Notes under the pieces: generated by a model
The model's input: only the letters and a program-made list of their open reading frames with translations
Told to the model about the DNA's origin: nothing
Database searches by the model: none
NCBI GenBank assembly: GCA_038883775.1
Contig: JAVZLM010000004.1
Coordinates: 32,001-96,000, forward strand
Reading direction: 5' to 3'
DNA: 64,000 nucleotides
Origin: Candidatus Bathyarchaeia archaeon
GTDB lineage: Archaea > Thermoproteota > Bathyarchaeia > Bathyarchaeales > Bathycorpusculaceae
Shown here: in pieces, positions 7,924 to 17,912 of the stretch
Position numbering within the stretch: position 1 is the first letter of the stretch
How the letters are laid out: the number at the start of each line of letters is the position of its first letter
Program-made: the position numbers and the translations under genes

Positions 7924-10900
7924 TTGATCAACAAACTTGTGCTTGCCATGATTCTGACAAGCTCATTAACATCTTTTAATGTCCCGTTTATAAAAGCACA
8001 AATTAGGGATAAAGCGACTGCAATAAAGTTTCTAGAGGATATTGTAGGCCTCAAAATGGATGCTTATGATATTTGGTTTGAAGCTGAAGGCAGTTACGTT
8101 TCAGAATTCTCAGGACATTTGGAGACCTATTTTAATATAAGACTTCGTAGTGTAAATGGAGAACTTTGCGCCAATTTTGTCTTTGTAGATGGCAATGTAT
8201 ACTTCTACGCGTTGGAGAGAACATCCTCAAATGCGCTGTTGATGTTAGACTATTCTGAAAAGGATTACGTTTATATTGTAAATAGGGCACTTCAACAATA
8301 TCAGCTCAGCTTTAATAAACCCTACTACGCTGGCTTCGCCAAAATGCTTGAAAACGTCACGATCTTTCAGAACCAAACAATAGAAATAGACTCTATTACC
8401 CTTACATTGATGCACACAGAACATGACATTTGCCTATACTGGTGTAGCAACATAGATGGCACAGAAGTTCCAGACAAAACCTTCTCCATGCGCATATCTA
8501 AGGATGGTTTCATCGATAGGTTTTCGGATGGTTGGGAGATTAACAAGATAGCCACTATGAACGTTAATGTGTCAAGAGGAGAAGCGCTGAACTTTGCTTA
8601 CGGCATTGCTAAACCATATGCTGACAAAATTGGTGCCAAAATAGTGGCTAATGAGACAACGCTACATTTTTCAAGGGACATTTCACGAAAGCGCGATGAT
8701 TATTACGTGATCTATCCTTTATGGACGGTAAACTTTGAATTTAATAGCGCCGTCAAAGGCATATGTGGATATTCAGTGGGTATATGGGCAGATAATGGCG
8801 AACTTTATTATAAAGCTCCGCAAGCGTTCTATGGGCGTTCAGCCACCATACTTGGCTCATCAGACCCCTTAGACGAACAATTACGACAAGATGTTACATT
8901 GTGTATACAAAGCAGTTTCATAACCGACCCTGCTTATGATACTGTATACTATTGGTACGGGGACAACACCACAAAGGAGAACATATATATTGCTGCTACA
9001 GGGGCCGGACGAAACTATTCTATATCATTTTACGTAGGCCATGGCGAAAAATATACGGAAACTGATGGAACTACACATTGGAGAATATACGATCATGACT
9101 GCACCCAAGTAATAAGGGATACGGATATATTTCCATACTCTGTTAATCAGCGAGTAAGGTTTGTGTTTTTATGGGCTTGTTATCAAGGGGACTACATTGG
9201 AGGAAATGATTCATCAGGTAATCCTCAAGGAATGCCCTATGCGTGGCTTCATACAACAAATCTGAGTAAATATGGGTACAAGACTCCTGATTATGGCGGC
9301 TATACATTTATAGGATTCTATGGTCTATCTCCAGCCTTAACAACGCCACTGGATGGTAAACCTAACGCCAGTTACTGGTTTTTACGCTACTTCTACAATG
9401 AAGCGTTGTACCCTCGAGCTTACAATTTGAGAACCTCCCTTGATCGCGCTTCCCTTGAGCTATGGGGTAAGTACTTTGGCAGCTGTATATTGTATAACGG
9501 ATATGCGTGTCCTCAAGGTCAAGGTCAAATGGTGGTTTACGGCGACGGATCTATGTTCATTGGCACAATATCACAACTAACAGTGCGAACATACGCGCGC
9601 AATGAAATCGGTGAACCTTATGAAGAGATCGAAAATGTGACAGTTTGGGTGAACGGAACAAAATATCTTTCTCCAGCTTTCGTCGCAGTCCATGAAGGAA
9701 TATACAACGTTACCGTACCTTTAAAGTCTTACTCTCCTCAAGGGGACTTACTTTACAAGTTTGAGCGTTGGGAAAACCACAACACAAACAATTCAAGGAT
9801 TCTGAACGTTAAAAGCGACACGAGTCTAAGCGCTTATTATTTCGCGGAAACTAACGATTCTCCATTAACTCCGCATAAACCCAGCGGCAACACTTCAATA
9901 TACACGGTCCAACAGTACGCGTATACCACTAAGACCATAGATCCTGAAGGCGATTTGGTTTACTACAACTTCAGTTGGGGTGATGGCACTTATACTATGG
10001 TGGGTCCGTTTAAGTCGAATGAAACTGCAAGTGCTTCTCATACATGGGATCTTGGCGGAACATATAACATTACAGTTAAAGCCATAGATCCAGGAGGAAA
10101 AGAGAGCAGCTGGTCTGAACCGCTAGAAGTCAGCACTATTAATAGGCCGCCAAGCATTCCCTTGAAACCTTGGTGCCACACTTACACTGGATATGTTGGC
10201 GTTTCATACACGTGGAGCACAAGCACAATAGACCTTGAGGGAGACAACGTTTGTTACCTTTTCGATTGGAGCGACGGCTCAACAAGCTTAGTGGGTCCAT
10301 ACGCTTCGGGCGTTACAGCTTCAGCAACCCACAATTGGACTTCAACGGGAACATACTACGTTAAGGTTAAGGCCAAGGACGTTCATGGAAACTGGAGCGA
10401 TTGGTCTCCAAGCCAAACCATGAACATCATAGAAACGCCACCACCAAGCGGCTGCCCATTTGTCTATGTTTGGAACGGCACGCATTATGTCATTGATAAT
10501 AACGTTTTGCCAGCTGCTGAAGACTCTGGCGGACTTGATGTTAATGATTACTATGTGCTTCATCAGCCTCTCACTCCAACATTTCAAGGCGCATACCACG
10601 CGATTTACTCGCTAAAATTGTGCGAATTTGGACAAGAACACGACTATATAGACCGGGTTAGGCTTTTTGCTGTTGATCACGCTGTAGGCGTTAATGTGGC
10701 AGTTAGCCCATACGGCGAAATCCTAACATACGCCAATCCAGCCTCGCCCACAACTGCTGTAGATAACAACGGCATTGACGTTTTATCGTTGTTGAATGCT
10801 ATGGATGGAAGCTATTATCAGGGCTATAATGGAAGCTACGTAACATTAACATTCGCAGGCTCTGACGTTTCCAACGGCGCAAAACTTGTCATAAGGGAGG

Positions 10901-11328
10901 ACGGACCAGTGAGAAAATGTCCCATCCACGTTCAAGTGTTGAATGTATCTGGCTATTGGGAGAATGTGGCCACATTCTATACTAGGCATTATTGGACCAC
11001 CGACGTAATCAACATGACTGGCTGCTTGCCGGACGCTGAAGGAAAAATGCGCGTCAGACTGTGCTTCGTGGACGTGGACAGAATAGACTATGTAGGCTTA
11101 GACACAAGCCCACAAGCAGAAATCCAAATGCAAGAGGCTTATCTGGTTTCAGCATACCACTCTCAAGAAGGCCTTGTAACGTTAAAGCTGCTCTGTAACG
11201 ACAACATATACGCAGAACTAACTCCACAACAACAAATAAAATTAACATTCATCCTACTCGCGCAACCAAATGAAACCAGAACGTTCATATTCTACGCTGA
11301 AGGCCACTACTACACCATAACAGGCTAA
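7924..11328 (+). CDS. Large secreted multidomain protein with caspase/gingipain-like domain and two PKD domains
   Basis: Signal peptide; FYVGHG and FVFLWACYQG motifs; two DPEGD..Y.F.W.DG..ASH.W...GTY PKD-like repeats; C-terminal GCPFVYVWNG domain. Confidence 0.8.
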   Translation: MINKLVLAMILTSSLTSFNVPFIKAQIRDKATAIKFLEDIVGLKMDAYDIWFEAEGSYVSEFSGHLETYFNIRLRSVNGELCANFVFVDGNVYFYALERTSSNALLMLDYSEKDYVYIVNRALQQYQLSFNKPYYAGFAKMLENVTIFQNQTIEIDSITLTLMHTEHDICLYWCSNIDGTEVPDKTFSMRISKDGFIDRFSDGWEINKIATMNVNVSRGEALNFAYGIAKPYADKIGAKIVANETTLHFSRDISRKRDDYYVIYPLWTVNFEFNSAVKGICGYSVGIWADNGELYYKAPQAFYGRSATILGSSDPLDEQLRQDVTLCIQSSFITDPAYDTVYYWYGDNTTKENIYIAATGAGRNYSISFYVGHGEKYTETDGTTHWRIYDHDCTQVIRDTDIFPYSVNQRVRFVFLWACYQGDYIGGNDSSGNPQGMPYAWLHTTNLSKYGYKTPDYGGYTFIGFYGLSPALTTPLDGKPNASYWFLRYFYNEALYPRAYNLRTSLDRASLELWGKYFGSCILYNGYACPQGQGQMVVYGDGSMFIGTISQLTVRTYARNEIGEPYEEIENVTVWVNGTKYLSPAFVAVHEGIYNVTVPLKSYSPQGDLLYKFERWENHNTNNSRILNVKSDTSLSAYYFAETNDSPLTPHKPSGNTSIYTVQQYAYTTKTIDPEGDLVYYNFSWGDGTYTMVGPFKSNETASASHTWDLGGTYNITVKAIDPGGKESSWSEPLEVSTINRPPSIPLKPWCHTYTGYVGVSYTWSTSTIDLEGDNVCYLFDWSDGSTSLVGPYASGVTASATHNWTSTGTYYVKVKAKDVHGNWSDWSPSQTMNIIETPPPSGCPFVYVWNGTHYVIDNNVLPAAEDSGGLDVNDYYVLHQPLTPTFQGAYHAIYSLKLCEFGQEHDYIDRVRLFAVDHAVGVNVAVSPYGEILTYANPASPTTAVDNNGIDVLSLLNAMDGSYYQGYNGSYVTLTFAGSDVSNGAKLVIREDGPVRKCPIHVQVLNVSGYWENVATFYTRHYWTTDVINMTGCLPDAEGKMRVRLCFVDVDRIDYVGLDTSPQAEIQMQEAYLVSAYHSQEGLVTLKLLCNDNIYAELTPQQQIKLTFILLAQPNETRTFIFYAEGHYYTITG

Positions 11329-11400
11329 AATCAAAGAAAAAGTGAGTTTGCGGGGGAGATTTCGCCAAGCATGCCGATAGCCGTGGTAAAGGGCTAACCG

Positions 11401-11808
11401 CTAAGCTTTCCTTTTCCTTGTTTTCAGCTCTTGTTCTCCGTAGCCTTGTTCAGAACTTAGTTTCCTTTGGATTTTTATTCGCTTTTCTTCTATCGAATGC
11501 GCCTTATGTATTTCCTTCATGTACCATCCTCTTTCCCTTGCATAATGAACGCTTACCATGATTCCAGCTAAGAGTAAGACCAAACCAATGGACGTTAAAG
11601 TTAAACCTAATAGGCTGTAGGGATGTGGTGTCAAATGGTATGGAATTATCAAAAGCCACTCTGGATTCTCAACTTTTATAACAGTTTCAAGTAATCCGCC
11701 CACAAAAAATATGGAGCCTATTATGATTATTAAATAGCCAACCGTTTCATTATGCCTTGATTCTTCCGCCTTTTCATGCAAATATTCGCTAAAAAGCATC
11801 AAAATCAC
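11401..11808 (-). CDS. Small membrane protein (2 TM)
   Basis: Two hydrophobic segments and a basic C-terminal tail. Confidence 0.7.
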   Translation of the reverse strand: MILMLFSEYLHEKAEESRHNETVGYLIIIIGSIFFVGGLLETVIKVENPEWLLIIPYHLTPHPYSLLGLTLTSIGLVLLLAGIMVSVHYARERGWYMKEIHKAHSIEEKRIKIQRKLSSEQGYGEQELKTRKRKA

Positions 11809-11921
11809 GGTTTGAGCAGCGGCATGGTTATCTATAAACTTTATTGCGACTTCCGAATAGGTTTATAACAAATGCCTCAAATAGTTATTAAACAAATGCC
11901 TTGCGTTTACTTGGGGTTTGG

Positions 11922-12593
11922 ATGCCGTTAAAGGATGAATGTGGAATATGCGGCAGGGTTCTTCCTTATGCCTATCTTAGGCGCTGTCAAAGATGTGGAA
12001 AACTTTTCTGTAAAGATTGCATGGTTCCAGATGTTTCTACAAGTGATCCCACAAGAATGTTATGTCTCCATTGCGCAAGAAAAATAGTTTCGCCGAAATC
12101 CACAACAAAATATGGAGCGCTTACAAACTATCTAAAATTTAGGGCAACCTTCACCAACACCGTTAAGCTTTCCCTTGCTGAAATAGATGGGATAATAAAG
12201 GATAACCTGCCCATAAACGCATATAAAAACGAGGAATGGTGGAATAACAACCCAGCAAACGCTCATGCTAAGGCTTGGATCGACGTCGGATGGAAGGTGC
12301 AAGAGACAAATTTGAAAGAAGGCTATGTGATCTTTCAAAAAGTAAAGGAAGTAAAGGCAAAAGGGTTTAAGAAAAAAGCCAATGGGAAAGAAATCAAAAA
12401 GCCTTTTACACCCGTTTCCGCCCGGTTTCCAAAAAGCAAAAAACCATCAAAAACAAAAGTTTCAAAACTCTATGCCAGACTAAAAAATATAGAAAGACAA
12501 AGAAAAAACATGCCAGTATATCCGGGCAGTTTCAAACCAAAACCCACCCACGAGAAAAAACTTTTCAAGCCAGAAAAGAAACCTCAATCATAA
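11922..12593 (+). CDS. Zn-finger protein with WW-N domain and Lys-rich tail (hypothetical nucleic-acid-binding protein)
   Basis: Four CxxC pairs; YGALTNYL..EEWWNN..HAKAWIDVGW domain; ATG 11922 is the likely start. Confidence 0.75.
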   Translation: MPLKDECGICGRVLPYAYLRRCQRCGKLFCKDCMVPDVSTSDPTRMLCLHCARKIVSPKSTTKYGALTNYLKFRATFTNTVKLSLAEIDGIIKDNLPINAYKNEEWWNNNPANAHAKAWIDVGWKVQETNLKEGYVIFQKVKEVKAKGFKKKANGKEIKKPFTPVSARFPKSKKPSKTKVSKLYARLKNIERQRKNMPVYPGSFKPKPTHEKKLFKPEKKPQS

Positions 12594-12647
12594 AAAGAAA
12601 TTTTATCTATCCCCGTTCTAAATATTCAATACAGAAAATGGTGAAAA

Positions 12648-12725
12648 GCGGTCGTCGTCTAGTCTGGTTAGGACACAAGCCTTCCAAGCTTGCGATCCCG
12701 GGTTCAAATCCCGGCGACCGCACCA
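12648..12725 (+). tRNA. trnG: tRNA-Gly(TCC), encoded CCA
   Basis: GCGGTCG/CGACCGC acceptor stem; anticodon stem CAAGC/GCTTG with loop CTTCCAA; GGTTCAAATCC T-arm; ends in ACCA. Confidence 0.97.
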
Positions 12726-12759
12726 CCATCCTTGGTTTGGGTGAGATAAGATACTTTTA

Positions 12760-13911
12760 TTATATTGCTTCGTAAACTTTTTCGCCCTTCAAAAAAACCA
12801 TTTCAACTTTTGATTTCACTTTTAATGGATCATCTGAAAACACAACAATGTCAGCATCTTTTCCAGGCTCCAAACTTCCAACCTTGTCGCCTATTCCTAT
12901 AGCTTCCGCCGGGTTTATCGTTATAGCTTTTAACGCTTCTTTACGATTCATTCCATTTATAACAGCCACAATAGCGGATATTCTCAGGTATTTCTCTGCA
13001 ATTACTGGATGATCTGTCATTATAGAAGTTTTAACTCCCTTAGATGATAAAATAGCAGGAATTTCATCTGAAACATATTTATACATTTGAGAGAGTCTAG
13101 CTATCATAAGAGGCCCAGATATAACTGGAATGTTTGCTTCAGCAAGCTTTTCAGCTACTATTTGCGATCCAAAGCCGTGGTCTATGGTTACCTTAATATT
13201 AAATTCCTTAGCTATATTTATAACAGCTAATATTTCATCAGGATCCAAAGATGTATGGATTCTGGCGGGAATCTCTCTTCTTAGAACTCTTGACAAGGCT
13301 TGATAGGCAATTTCTTCCTCTCCTACTATTTTTTCAGTTTTAAGTTTTCCTTCCATGTATCTCTTTGCGTTTTGGAGCATACTCCTTAGCAATGCAATTG
13401 TACCCATTTTGGTGGTTGGATACGGTAGTTTTGACTTCATCTCTCTCTTTCTTTTTGCGCCGGTAGCCATTTTAACACTCGCGAAATCATTTACTATCAT
13501 CTCTTCGGGAGTTTTTCCAAATGTTTTGAGAATTACGCCTATTCCTCCAATTACATTTGCGCTTCCTGGTCCTGTGTAAACTGTTGTAACTCCTCCTTCA
13601 AGGGCATCTTTAAAACCCGGATCAAAAAGGTTCACTGCATCTATAGCTCTAAGGTGTGGAGTTAATGGACTGTAAAAGTCGTTGGCGTCACCGTATTCCC
13701 AATCTAACCCCTCAGTGGTCATTCCAATGTGACTGTGCCCGTCGACCAATCCCGGTGAAATGTATTTCCCTTCAGCTTCCACAATTTCAGCCTTTTCTGG
13801 AATCTTTAAATCTTTCCCAACTTCTAATATTTTTCCTTCATCGAATATTATGACACCTTTAGGAATTGTCTGCTCTGGAGTTAATATTGTAGCTCCCACT
13901 ATGGCTTTCAC
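12760..13911 (-). CDS. Metal-dependent amidohydrolase
   Basis: PGLVDGHSHIG, TDHP, GSLEPGKDADIV; likely GTG start at 13911 just after the upstream stop. Confidence 0.9.
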   Translation of the reverse strand: MKAIVGATILTPEQTIPKGVIIFDEGKILEVGKDLKIPEKAEIVEAEGKYISPGLVDGHSHIGMTTEGLDWEYGDANDFYSPLTPHLRAIDAVNLFDPGFKDALEGGVTTVYTGPGSANVIGGIGVILKTFGKTPEEMIVNDFASVKMATGAKRKREMKSKLPYPTTKMGTIALLRSMLQNAKRYMEGKLKTEKIVGEEEIAYQALSRVLRREIPARIHTSLDPDEILAVINIAKEFNIKVTIDHGFGSQIVAEKLAEANIPVISGPLMIARLSQMYKYVSDEIPAILSSKGVKTSIMTDHPVIAEKYLRISAIVAVINGMNRKEALKAITINPAEAIGIGDKVGSLEPGKDADIVVFSDDPLKVKSKVEMVFLKGEKVYEAI

Positions 13912-13912
13912 T

Positions 13913-15076
13913 TCAGCTCCCTCTATGAACCACTTCTCCATCTACTATAGTATACAGAACTTTGCTTTCAACCTCTGTTGGATCTCCGCTAAAGACTGTA
14001 ATGTCAGCGTCTTTTCCAGGCTCCAAACTTCCCACATAGTTAAACACTCCAGCTATCTTCGCTGCATTCAATGTTATTGGTTTCAGTCCGTTCTGCAATC
14101 CTTCTATCTCAGCCACTCCTGCTAGTATTCTCAAATATTGTATTGGAAGGGTTGGATGATCTGTGGTTAGAGCAAACAACACCCCTGCCTTCTCCAGAAT
14201 TGCTGCAGATTTTGCTGAGAGGTTAGCAAGTTCTGGTCCTCTTTTTGAAAACAATAAAGGTCCAAATACTACTGGAATTTTTTCTTTTGCTAACGTCTCT
14301 GCAATGATATAAGCTTCAGTAGCATGTTCAAATATTACGTCAAAGTCAAACTCTTTAGCCAATCTTAAAACCGCTGTCATATCTCTGGCCAGGTGAGCGT
14401 GAACCCTTGCTGGAAATTCTTTTTGCAAAAGTCCCTTAAGCGCTTCTATTTTGGGATCTTCCTCAATTTTTTCTTCTTGGAGATTCTCGTCTTGCTGCTT
14501 TTTTTTCTCCATGGATTTCTTAGTTTTTTCTAAAATGGCTCTTATGGCAGCCATTATACCCATTCTGGTGGTAGGTGAAAGTTTGAGTTCAGCTAAATAT
14601 CTTTTTGGATGCTCCCCCACAGCCATTTTGATGCCTACACATTCTTTGACTATTCTTCCGTTAATCTTGACGAAAGCGCTTCTTCCAGGAATTATGGTTA
14701 TAGGTTCTACTATCTGTCCAAAGGACATAGGTGAACCGGGATGAACAACTACAGATGTGATTCCACCCTTTGCCGCGTCAGCAAAAGCAGGATCAAATGG
14801 ATCCAAAGCATCAACTACACTTAGTTGTGGTGTCAATGGATCTGAAGTCTCAACAAAACCTTCGGTGGTTCTCTCCAAAGGTAAAACGCCTATGTGTGTG
14901 TGAGCATCTATAAGCCCAGGAGTTATCACTTTTCCTTCAATTGTTTCTGCATCGTTTGGTATTTTGACCTCTGTGCCGACGTCAACGATTTTTCCTTTTT
15001 CCACGAGAATTATTCCGTTATTTAATGTTCCCTTTTCTGAGAGAGTTTCTATTTTTTCTCCTTTTATTGCTAACAT
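13913..15076 (-). CDS. Metal-dependent amidohydrolase (paralog)
   Basis: PGLIDAHTHIG, KMAVGEHPK, HAH, EHA, TDHP, GSLEPGKDAD. Confidence 0.9.
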   Translation of the reverse strand: MLAIKGEKIETLSEKGTLNNGIILVEKGKIVDVGTEVKIPNDAETIEGKVITPGLIDAHTHIGVLPLERTTEGFVETSDPLTPQLSVVDALDPFDPAFADAAKGGITSVVVHPGSPMSFGQIVEPITIIPGRSAFVKINGRIVKECVGIKMAVGEHPKRYLAELKLSPTTRMGIMAAIRAILEKTKKSMEKKKQQDENLQEEKIEEDPKIEALKGLLQKEFPARVHAHLARDMTAVLRLAKEFDFDVIFEHATEAYIIAETLAKEKIPVVFGPLLFSKRGPELANLSAKSAAILEKAGVLFALTTDHPTLPIQYLRILAGVAEIEGLQNGLKPITLNAAKIAGVFNYVGSLEPGKDADITVFSGDPTEVESKVLYTIVDGEVVHRGS

Positions 15077-15082
15077 TTTACT

Positions 15083-16072
15083 TCACCTTTCAATTTTTGG
15101 AGAATTTGAAATTTTGTGACAAGCTACAAAATGACCCTTTTTAACTTCTAACAGTTGGGGTTCTTCAGTTTTGCAAATTTCTTCAACATAAGGGCATCTT
15201 GGACCCAATCTGCAGCCAACTGGATTAATGGAAAGATGAGGTTCTCCTGAAATTTTTATCTCAACTTCTGGAGCTTTTGGATTCGCCGTAAGAACACTTC
15301 CGGTGAGAGCAATCACGTAAGGATGCATCGGGTTTTCTATTATTTCTTCGGTCTCAGCGATTTCAACCACTTTTCCTAGATACATAACCACTATTCGTTC
15401 ACAAATGTGTTTGGCTGTTGCTATATCATGTGTGATGAACAAAACAGTGGATTGGTGTTCGTTTTTAATTTTCATTATAAGATTGAGGATTCCTACCCTA
15501 ATACTTGCATCGAGCATAGAAGTAGGTTCATCTGCTATCAAAAGTTGTGGATTTAAGATCATAGCTCTAGCGATGCTTGCCCGCTGGAGTTGTCCGCCGC
15601 TCATCTCATGAGGATATCTATATAGAAATTCTTCGGCTGGAAAAAGCCCTACTTCTTCTAGGATTTTAGACATAATTCCTATTTTTTCCTCTGGCGTTTC
15701 ACCAATGTCATGTGTAGTTAAAGGCTCGAGTAAGCTGGAATATAAGTTATATCTTGGATCAAAAGACGTATATGGATTTTGAAATATCATCTGAACTTTC
15801 CTTCTGAAAACCTTAAGTTGTTCTCCCTTAATTTTGGTAACATCTTCTCCACAAAAGAATACTTTTCCATCTGTAGGATCTTCAAGTTTTGCCAAAACTT
15901 TTCCTAACGTTGTTTTGCCACTTCCACTTTCTCCAACTAGACCAACTATTTCTCCAGGATTCAAGGAAACAGTTACGCCATCCACGGCTTTTATGTAACT
16001 TTTCACTTTGAAAATACTTTTTTCATATGGAAAATACTTTTTAAGATCAACCGTCTTGATTACCTCTACCAT
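15083..16072 (-). CDS. dppF: Peptide ABC transporter ATPase (DppF/OppF)
   Basis: GESGSGKT, YPHEMSGGQ, IADEPTSMLD, C-terminal oligopeptide-ABC Cys cluster; start MVEVIK at 16072. Confidence 0.9.
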   Translation of the reverse strand: MVEVIKTVDLKKYFPYEKSIFKVKSYIKAVDGVTVSLNPGEIVGLVGESGSGKTTLGKVLAKLEDPTDGKVFFCGEDVTKIKGEQLKVFRRKVQMIFQNPYTSFDPRYNLYSSLLEPLTTHDIGETPEEKIGIMSKILEEVGLFPAEEFLYRYPHEMSGGQLQRASIARAMILNPQLLIADEPTSMLDASIRVGILNLIMKIKNEHQSTVLFITHDIATAKHICERIVVMYLGKVVEIAETEEIIENPMHPYVIALTGSVLTANPKAPEVEIKISGEPHLSINPVGCRLGPRCPYVEEICKTEEPQLLEVKKGHFVACHKISNSPKIER

Positions 16073-17037
16073 TCTATTTTTCCTCCCACGTCGAAGTGAC
16101 AAAGTGTAAGATGTTCTTTTTCTACCATTTTTAATGGAGGAGTTTTTTCTTCGCATATTTTTTTGGCATAAGGACAGCGTGGATGGAAAACGCATCCTTT
16201 TGGCGGATTTAAGAGATCTACAGGTGAACCTTTAATTTCTTCAATGTCTCCCCTTCTTTTTTTAATGTCCGTGTGGGATCTTAGGAGCATGAAGGTGTAC
16301 GGATTTCGTGGATTTAAGAAAATTTCTTCAGAAGGGCCATATTCAAAGATATATCCACCGTATAGGACTGCCACCAAATCGCTTACGTAAGCGCAGGCGG
16401 ATATATCATGGCTGATAAAAATTATAGTAATCCCCGTTCTTTCTTGCAGAGACCTAAATTCTTTTAAAAGTTTGTATTGCAATATGGCGTCTAAACCTGT
16501 TGTTGGTTCATCAGCTATTGCAACTTCCGGATTGAAAAGGAGGCTGGCGGCGATGAGGGCTCTTTCTTTCATTCCACCGCTCAGTTCGAAAAAATATCTG
16601 TTCATCATTTCCTCTGAAAGCCCCACTATTTTGAAAGTTTCTTTAACTCTTTGGATGGCTTGATCTTTATTTAATTTCATTCTCTCCATTAGCACTTCAG
16701 AAAGCTGGTTTCCTAATTTATGAATTGGGCTTAAAGCATTCAAGGCATTTTGCGGTATCAATGAGATATGTTTACCTCGTATTTCCTGCATTTCTTCTTC
16801 TGATAATTGAATGAGATTTTTATCGCGAAAGAAAATTTTACCTTTAACAACCCTTCCGTTTGGCGGCAAAACTCCCAATATTGTTTTTGCTAAAGTTGAC
16901 TTCCCGGATCCCGATTCTCCTAAGATTGCTGTTACTTTTCCTTGTGGAATGTTGAAGGAAACGTTGTTTAACGCTTTTACAGTTTTTCCCTTAAAATAGT
17001 ATTCCACTGACAGCTCTTCAATTTTAATTAAACTCAT
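16066..17037 (-). CDS. dppD: Peptide ABC transporter ATPase (DppD/OppD)
   Basis: GESGSGKS, ELSGGM, IADEPTT, GCVFHPRCP; ATG 17037 forms an ATGA overlap with the dppC stop. Confidence 0.9.
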   Translation of the reverse strand: MSLIKIEELSVEYYFKGKTVKALNNVSFNIPQGKVTAILGESGSGKSTLAKTILGVLPPNGRVVKGKIFFRDKNLIQLSEEEMQEIRGKHISLIPQNALNALSPIHKLGNQLSEVLMERMKLNKDQAIQRVKETFKIVGLSEEMMNRYFFELSGGMKERALIAASLLFNPEVAIADEPTTGLDAILQYKLLKEFRSLQERTGITIIFISHDISACAYVSDLVAVLYGGYIFEYGPSEEIFLNPRNPYTFMLLRSHTDIKKRRGDIEEIKGSPVDLLNPPKGCVFHPRCPYAKKICEEKTPPLKMVEKEHLTLCHFDVGGKIEW

Positions 17038-17888
17038 TTTGCCACCATTCCTTTTGGAGAGAGAATCCTTGCAACAGCATCTCCTATCAAGTGAAGCGCA
17101 AATGTTGTTAGTAAAAGCATTAATCCTGGAAATAGGGAAAGCCACCAGCATGTTGTTATGAAACTCTGTCCATGGTAAATCATCTTGCCCCACGTTATTG
17201 CGTTAGGGTCTCCTAAACCCAAAAAACTTAATCCAGCTTCGGTTATCATCGCCCCAGCACTTTGGAGAATTGTGTTTGCTATAACTGGTTGAATTGAGTT
17301 GGGTATAACGTGGTAAAACAGTATTTTAAAGTTGCTTACTCCAATAACTTTGGAGGCTTGAACAAATTCTCTTTCTTTAACTGTTAAAACTTGTGCTCTT
17401 GTAATTCTGGCATTGGACGGCCAAATTAAAAACCCTATAACGATCATCACATAGAAAATATTTCCTCCATAGATTGCAACTATAAAAAGCGCCAAGAAAA
17501 AGACAGGAATAACTAGAAAAATGTCCGTAATTCTGCAGAGAAGATCATCTAATAATCCTCCATAATATCCAGCCACTCCTCCAAGGGTCAACCCTATAAC
17601 GAGGGATATAAACGCAGCCATAAATCCTATAGCTATCGAGGTTCTGCCTCCCCATATGACTCTGCTAAGGAGGTCCCTTCCAAGAGCATCTGTTCCCATG
17701 GGATGTTCAAGAGATGGTGGTTGCAAAGGTGCATACACCAGAACAACGGGATTTGCTATTGGCAAGTATGGAGCTAAAATGGCTAGTAGGGCAATAGTGC
17801 TCAAAATTATTAATCCAATAACTCCAAATTTATCTTTAGAGTAACTTACAAAAAAATTTTGAAGTTTTTTGAGGACTGTAAACCGCAA
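17034..17888 (-). CDS. dppC: Peptide ABC transporter permease (DppC)
   Basis: HPMGTDALGRD, EFVQASKVIG EAA loop, EAGLSFLGLG. Confidence 0.9.
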   Translation of the reverse strand: MRFTVLKKLQNFFVSYSKDKFGVIGLIILSTIALLAILAPYLPIANPVVLVYAPLQPPSLEHPMGTDALGRDLLSRVIWGGRTSIAIGFMAAFISLVIGLTLGGVAGYYGGLLDDLLCRITDIFLVIPVFFLALFIVAIYGGNIFYVMIVIGFLIWPSNARITRAQVLTVKEREFVQASKVIGVSNFKILFYHVIPNSIQPVIANTILQSAGAMITEAGLSFLGLGDPNAITWGKMIYHGQSFITTCWWLSLFPGLMLLLTTFALHLIGDAVARILSPKGMVAK

Positions 17889-17912
17889 CTTCTTCTTTCA
17901 CCTCTCAATCCT

